From Paraspadella gotoi (taxonomy: Eukaryota; Animalia; Chaetognatha): a stretch of 64,000 nucleotides of DNA. The notes under the pieces were generated by a model that saw only the letters and a program-made list of their open reading frames with translations, did no database searches and had not been told where the DNA came from. Below are positions 60,801-64,000 of the stretch, one piece after another. The DNA is taken from assembly GCA_051294375.1 (NCBI GenBank), contig JBJCIZ010000028.1:391108-455107 (forward strand), in the 5' to 3' direction. Numbering within the stretch: the first letter of the stretch is position 1; each line of letters begins with the position of its first letter. The translations under genes and the position numbers were made by a program.

Positions 60801-63800
60801 TATGACTGTAGAAGAGTATTGCATAGTTATTGAAGGTGATTAAAACATAGTATGGTGGACTAAAATCCACCAACCGTTCATCCAGCGGCCATTGGTGCCG
60901 GAGGCAAGTCATTCGCTTCCCAACCCAAAGGTCCGGGGTTCTCGTCCGGTGGCCGCCTAGCAGTTAAGAGGGACGGGGCGCTTAACCCGCCTGTAACTCG
61001 GTGTTACAGCCTGATCCGAAGCTCAGGCACTGCTTATATTGAACGGTTCTGACGATTAACACTTATCAATAATTACTGTCTCTTCATGGGTGAGCTCAAC
61101 TTCCGAACACAACAGCAACAACAACACTTTCAGGCGACATGCCTCAACCTGGCGATGCACTTTCCACCAACAACAAAAATTCACTGAAGAGACGCAACAG
61201 ACTTCTTTATACGGGAGGGGGGATGTATGGTGGACTAAAATCCACCAACCGTTCATCAGCGGCCATTGGTGCCGGAGGCAAATCATTCGCTCTCCCAACC
61301 CAAAGGTCCAGGGTTCTAGCCCGGTAGCCGCCTAGCAGTTAAGAGGGACGGGGCAGGTCTCATCTGAAATGCCTTTTTAACTACCACCTCGTGCTTTCTA
61401 CACTAGTTTGAAAATAGAAAAAAAAGTAAACAAACATTGCTAATTTTTGCTTTGTTTACTCATCTTAAATGAATCGCTTAGGCTTTACACATCGTAATAT
61501 CGCAGAACAGGAAAAAGATTGATTTTTTCTATCTAATCTTTTTTTCAAAAATTGAGAGAAGATGAAGTTTTTTTTTGTTTTGATCTTTGCCATCGTTTTG
61601 ATCGAAGGAAGGAGACTGGGAAAAAAGGTAAGTTGGACTTAAAATGGAATCATATGTCTAACCAAAATTTGTTACCAAACCAATATTAATAATAATAATC
61701 CCTAACCCTAATGCATAACTCTAACCCAAAACCCTAATCCCTTACCCTAATCACTAACTTAATCCCCAACCCTAATCGTCAGCCTAATCCATAACCTTAA
61801 AAATGAATTTTGGATGAAACAGGCCTTTTTCTCCACTTTTAGATAGCGACCAATGAGGTCAGAGGCGCCCAGATGGACTACTGCTTATTGTCGTGGCATA
61901 GGTGCGGAGGTGATATTGTGACCCATTGTTGCCCTGGTCTCTACTGCTACCACTACCGATGGTCATTATTACGGGAATTGTTTACAAGGCCCGATCAACA
62001 ATGAATGATAGGAATTTCGACGGAAGCTGGGAACTGGGAAATGAGGAAATGGGAAAATAGAAAGGCAGAAAGGCGACGCTGATGGGAAACTCTCATTCAT
62101 AATAAAGATGAACTGAAGTTTTTTTTGTATGAAGTGAGAAAAAAGAAAATTTTTAAATAAAATAAATATAAATGAATAATTTCTTTTATTCTTTAAACAT
62201 CATCGACTGTAGAAGAATATCGCATAGTAATTCAATATAATTGAAACATTAAGGTTGAACAAATTTTTGTTAAAAAGTGGATATGATATCATTTTCATTT
62301 CTGGCAACGCGAGTATTCAACATGTTTCGTTTGTTGATCCGGCTCTTCTATATTCTGTACAAAGTGAACATTAGTTAATTTAGCATTGTTATTGTGATTA
62401 TTCTTTTTCATAATATTTTTATGATAATTTATACGTAATTTATCATCGAACAAGCATCGTTCGTCCATTTAGCATTTTCTTCTTTTGTAATAATGAAATA
62501 AACGAGATTGCTCAGACAGACAGACACATAGAGAGAGAGATTAAGTATATGTGACATTTTAAAACAAGAACAAAACAAGTGTGAAATAAAAAGCAATTAA
62601 TTATGCCTCACCACTCCTGCCTTGTGTGTATTTATTAAAATGACTCAGTATTTAATAAAATATTCTGCAATGATCAATGCAGAATCTGATGATGATGCGG
62701 TCATGTGATCGTTTTTTTAGGACTGCACAAGTATTGTGCTCATTAAAGGTTTAATAGTACCTCGCTCTCTGCCTGTGAGAGTTAAATAATTAAAAAAATT
62801 GCTTATTTTATTATTGAAAAATAACATCAAAGTGAAGAAGTTGAATGTCTTCCGGCTCCTTTCAGTAAACATCCCTGTTCTCTTCAATAAGATAATGTTT
62901 ACTTTTTGCTGGTGGAAAAGAAGGATAAATACTTAGGCAGTGATGGGTAAATAATATTTGTAGAATTTTGTAAGCATGCTTGTAAAATCAGACAAGCAAA
63001 TATTTAGGTGAACAAAAAATTCACATTTTAGCCCTTTTTTCTTTCAGAATGCATTAAAATAAGAATTTAATTTTCATTTATTCTTATGGGGGTGTCATTA
63101 GTTTAAAATTCATTATAATTTTGACTTAGTTTGACACTCACCCTGCAAGGAGGTTTCCAGCATAAGTAATTCTAAAATTGTATCTTGTAATGTGCCCCTA
63201 TGAATTTATGGCTTCATTTTGGTACTATGCCATCACCTTTATCTTTATTCTTTCAAAAGATATTAGGAAAAAATCAGTTTTTTTCTCAACCTCCTTTTAA
63301 TTTCTTTTTAAATAAAAATTTCGAGATTCAAACGGACTATTTCATTTAAACTTGATCATTTTATGTCAAAATCAATTATAAAATGAAAATAAGAAAAATA
63401 GGACAAGCTCTTCAGACACAAAGCTATCGATTGCAAAATTCGAAGTCTCTCATGGAACAGGAAACATATAGCAATACCCGTTTGCAATTTTAAAGTTTGT
63501 AAACTTTCCTTTAATTTCTATAAGTAAAATATAGTAAAAATATAATATAAAAATATAGTAAAAATTCTCTGACTAATGTAGGAGTGCATTTCCCTGGCTT
63601 ATTTGAGTATCAAATCCTTCATGAATTGAAAAAACGAAATAGGACAAGCCTCTCAGATGTAACGCTATCGGAACCTGTGTTGTTTACAACTGATTATCTA
63701 CCGGAATTTCTAGCGAATCGCGTTTTTGCAATTTGTGGTAGTCAGATTTGAACGGAAATCTTTATAAGAAAAATGTTGAAATCTTTTTTAAATGCGAGAA

Positions 63801-64000
63801 TTCTCGTCTATAGTTAAACATCCTGTTTTAAATCATTTTCTTTAAATTTCAGGTTAAATGGTAACACATTTTTTAAAGATTTGTTTTCTCAATATGGTTG
63901 TTAAAAAATTCAAGGTAAGAAGTTATGTATATACCTCCTTTCGTTGTTTTTGAGGTATTAGGAAAAAAACAGTTTTTTGTTTTTGACAACGATTTATTTG
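57861..64000 (+). repeat. Near-identical repeat of ~50601-56700 (LOX exon ~58152-58342; knottin D' 59139-~60600; knottin E' 61562-62008)
   Basis: Begins immediately after a 25-N gap; differences are almost all 1-bp indels and become more frequent away from the gap. Confidence 0.9.

Overview
Eukaryotic (probably invertebrate) draft genomic DNA with AT-rich, microsatellite-laden introns and GC-rich exons. Much of it is indel-rich, long-read-like sequence with six gaps of exactly 25 N, so several apparent duplications are probably gap-filling artefacts. Contents: (1) an intact Ty3/Gypsy element (CsRN1/Kabuki-like) with a clear -1 frameshift signal; (2) a tandem-SPRY gene; (3) an SLC37-type MFS sugar-phosphate exchanger; (4) a multi-exon lipoxygenase whose N-terminus appears to be SRPBCC + C2 rather than PLAT, present as a 3' half (22.8-27.6 kb) and a 5' half (41.9-51.1 kb) that join in frame; (5) largely missed by the ORF track, an amplified family of two-exon secreted six-cysteine knottin (ICK/CBM1-like) peptide genes lying in the intron position that separates the two LOX halves, with conserved signal peptides and UTRs but divergent mature regions; (6) small mobile elements in that array: Penelope-like pLTRs with hammerhead ribozymes, a TRIM-like element whose LTRs contain a tRNA-shaped sequence, a solo LTR, and a hAT-like element carrying a palindromic satellite. 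All family assignments are by eye from motifs; no searches were run.
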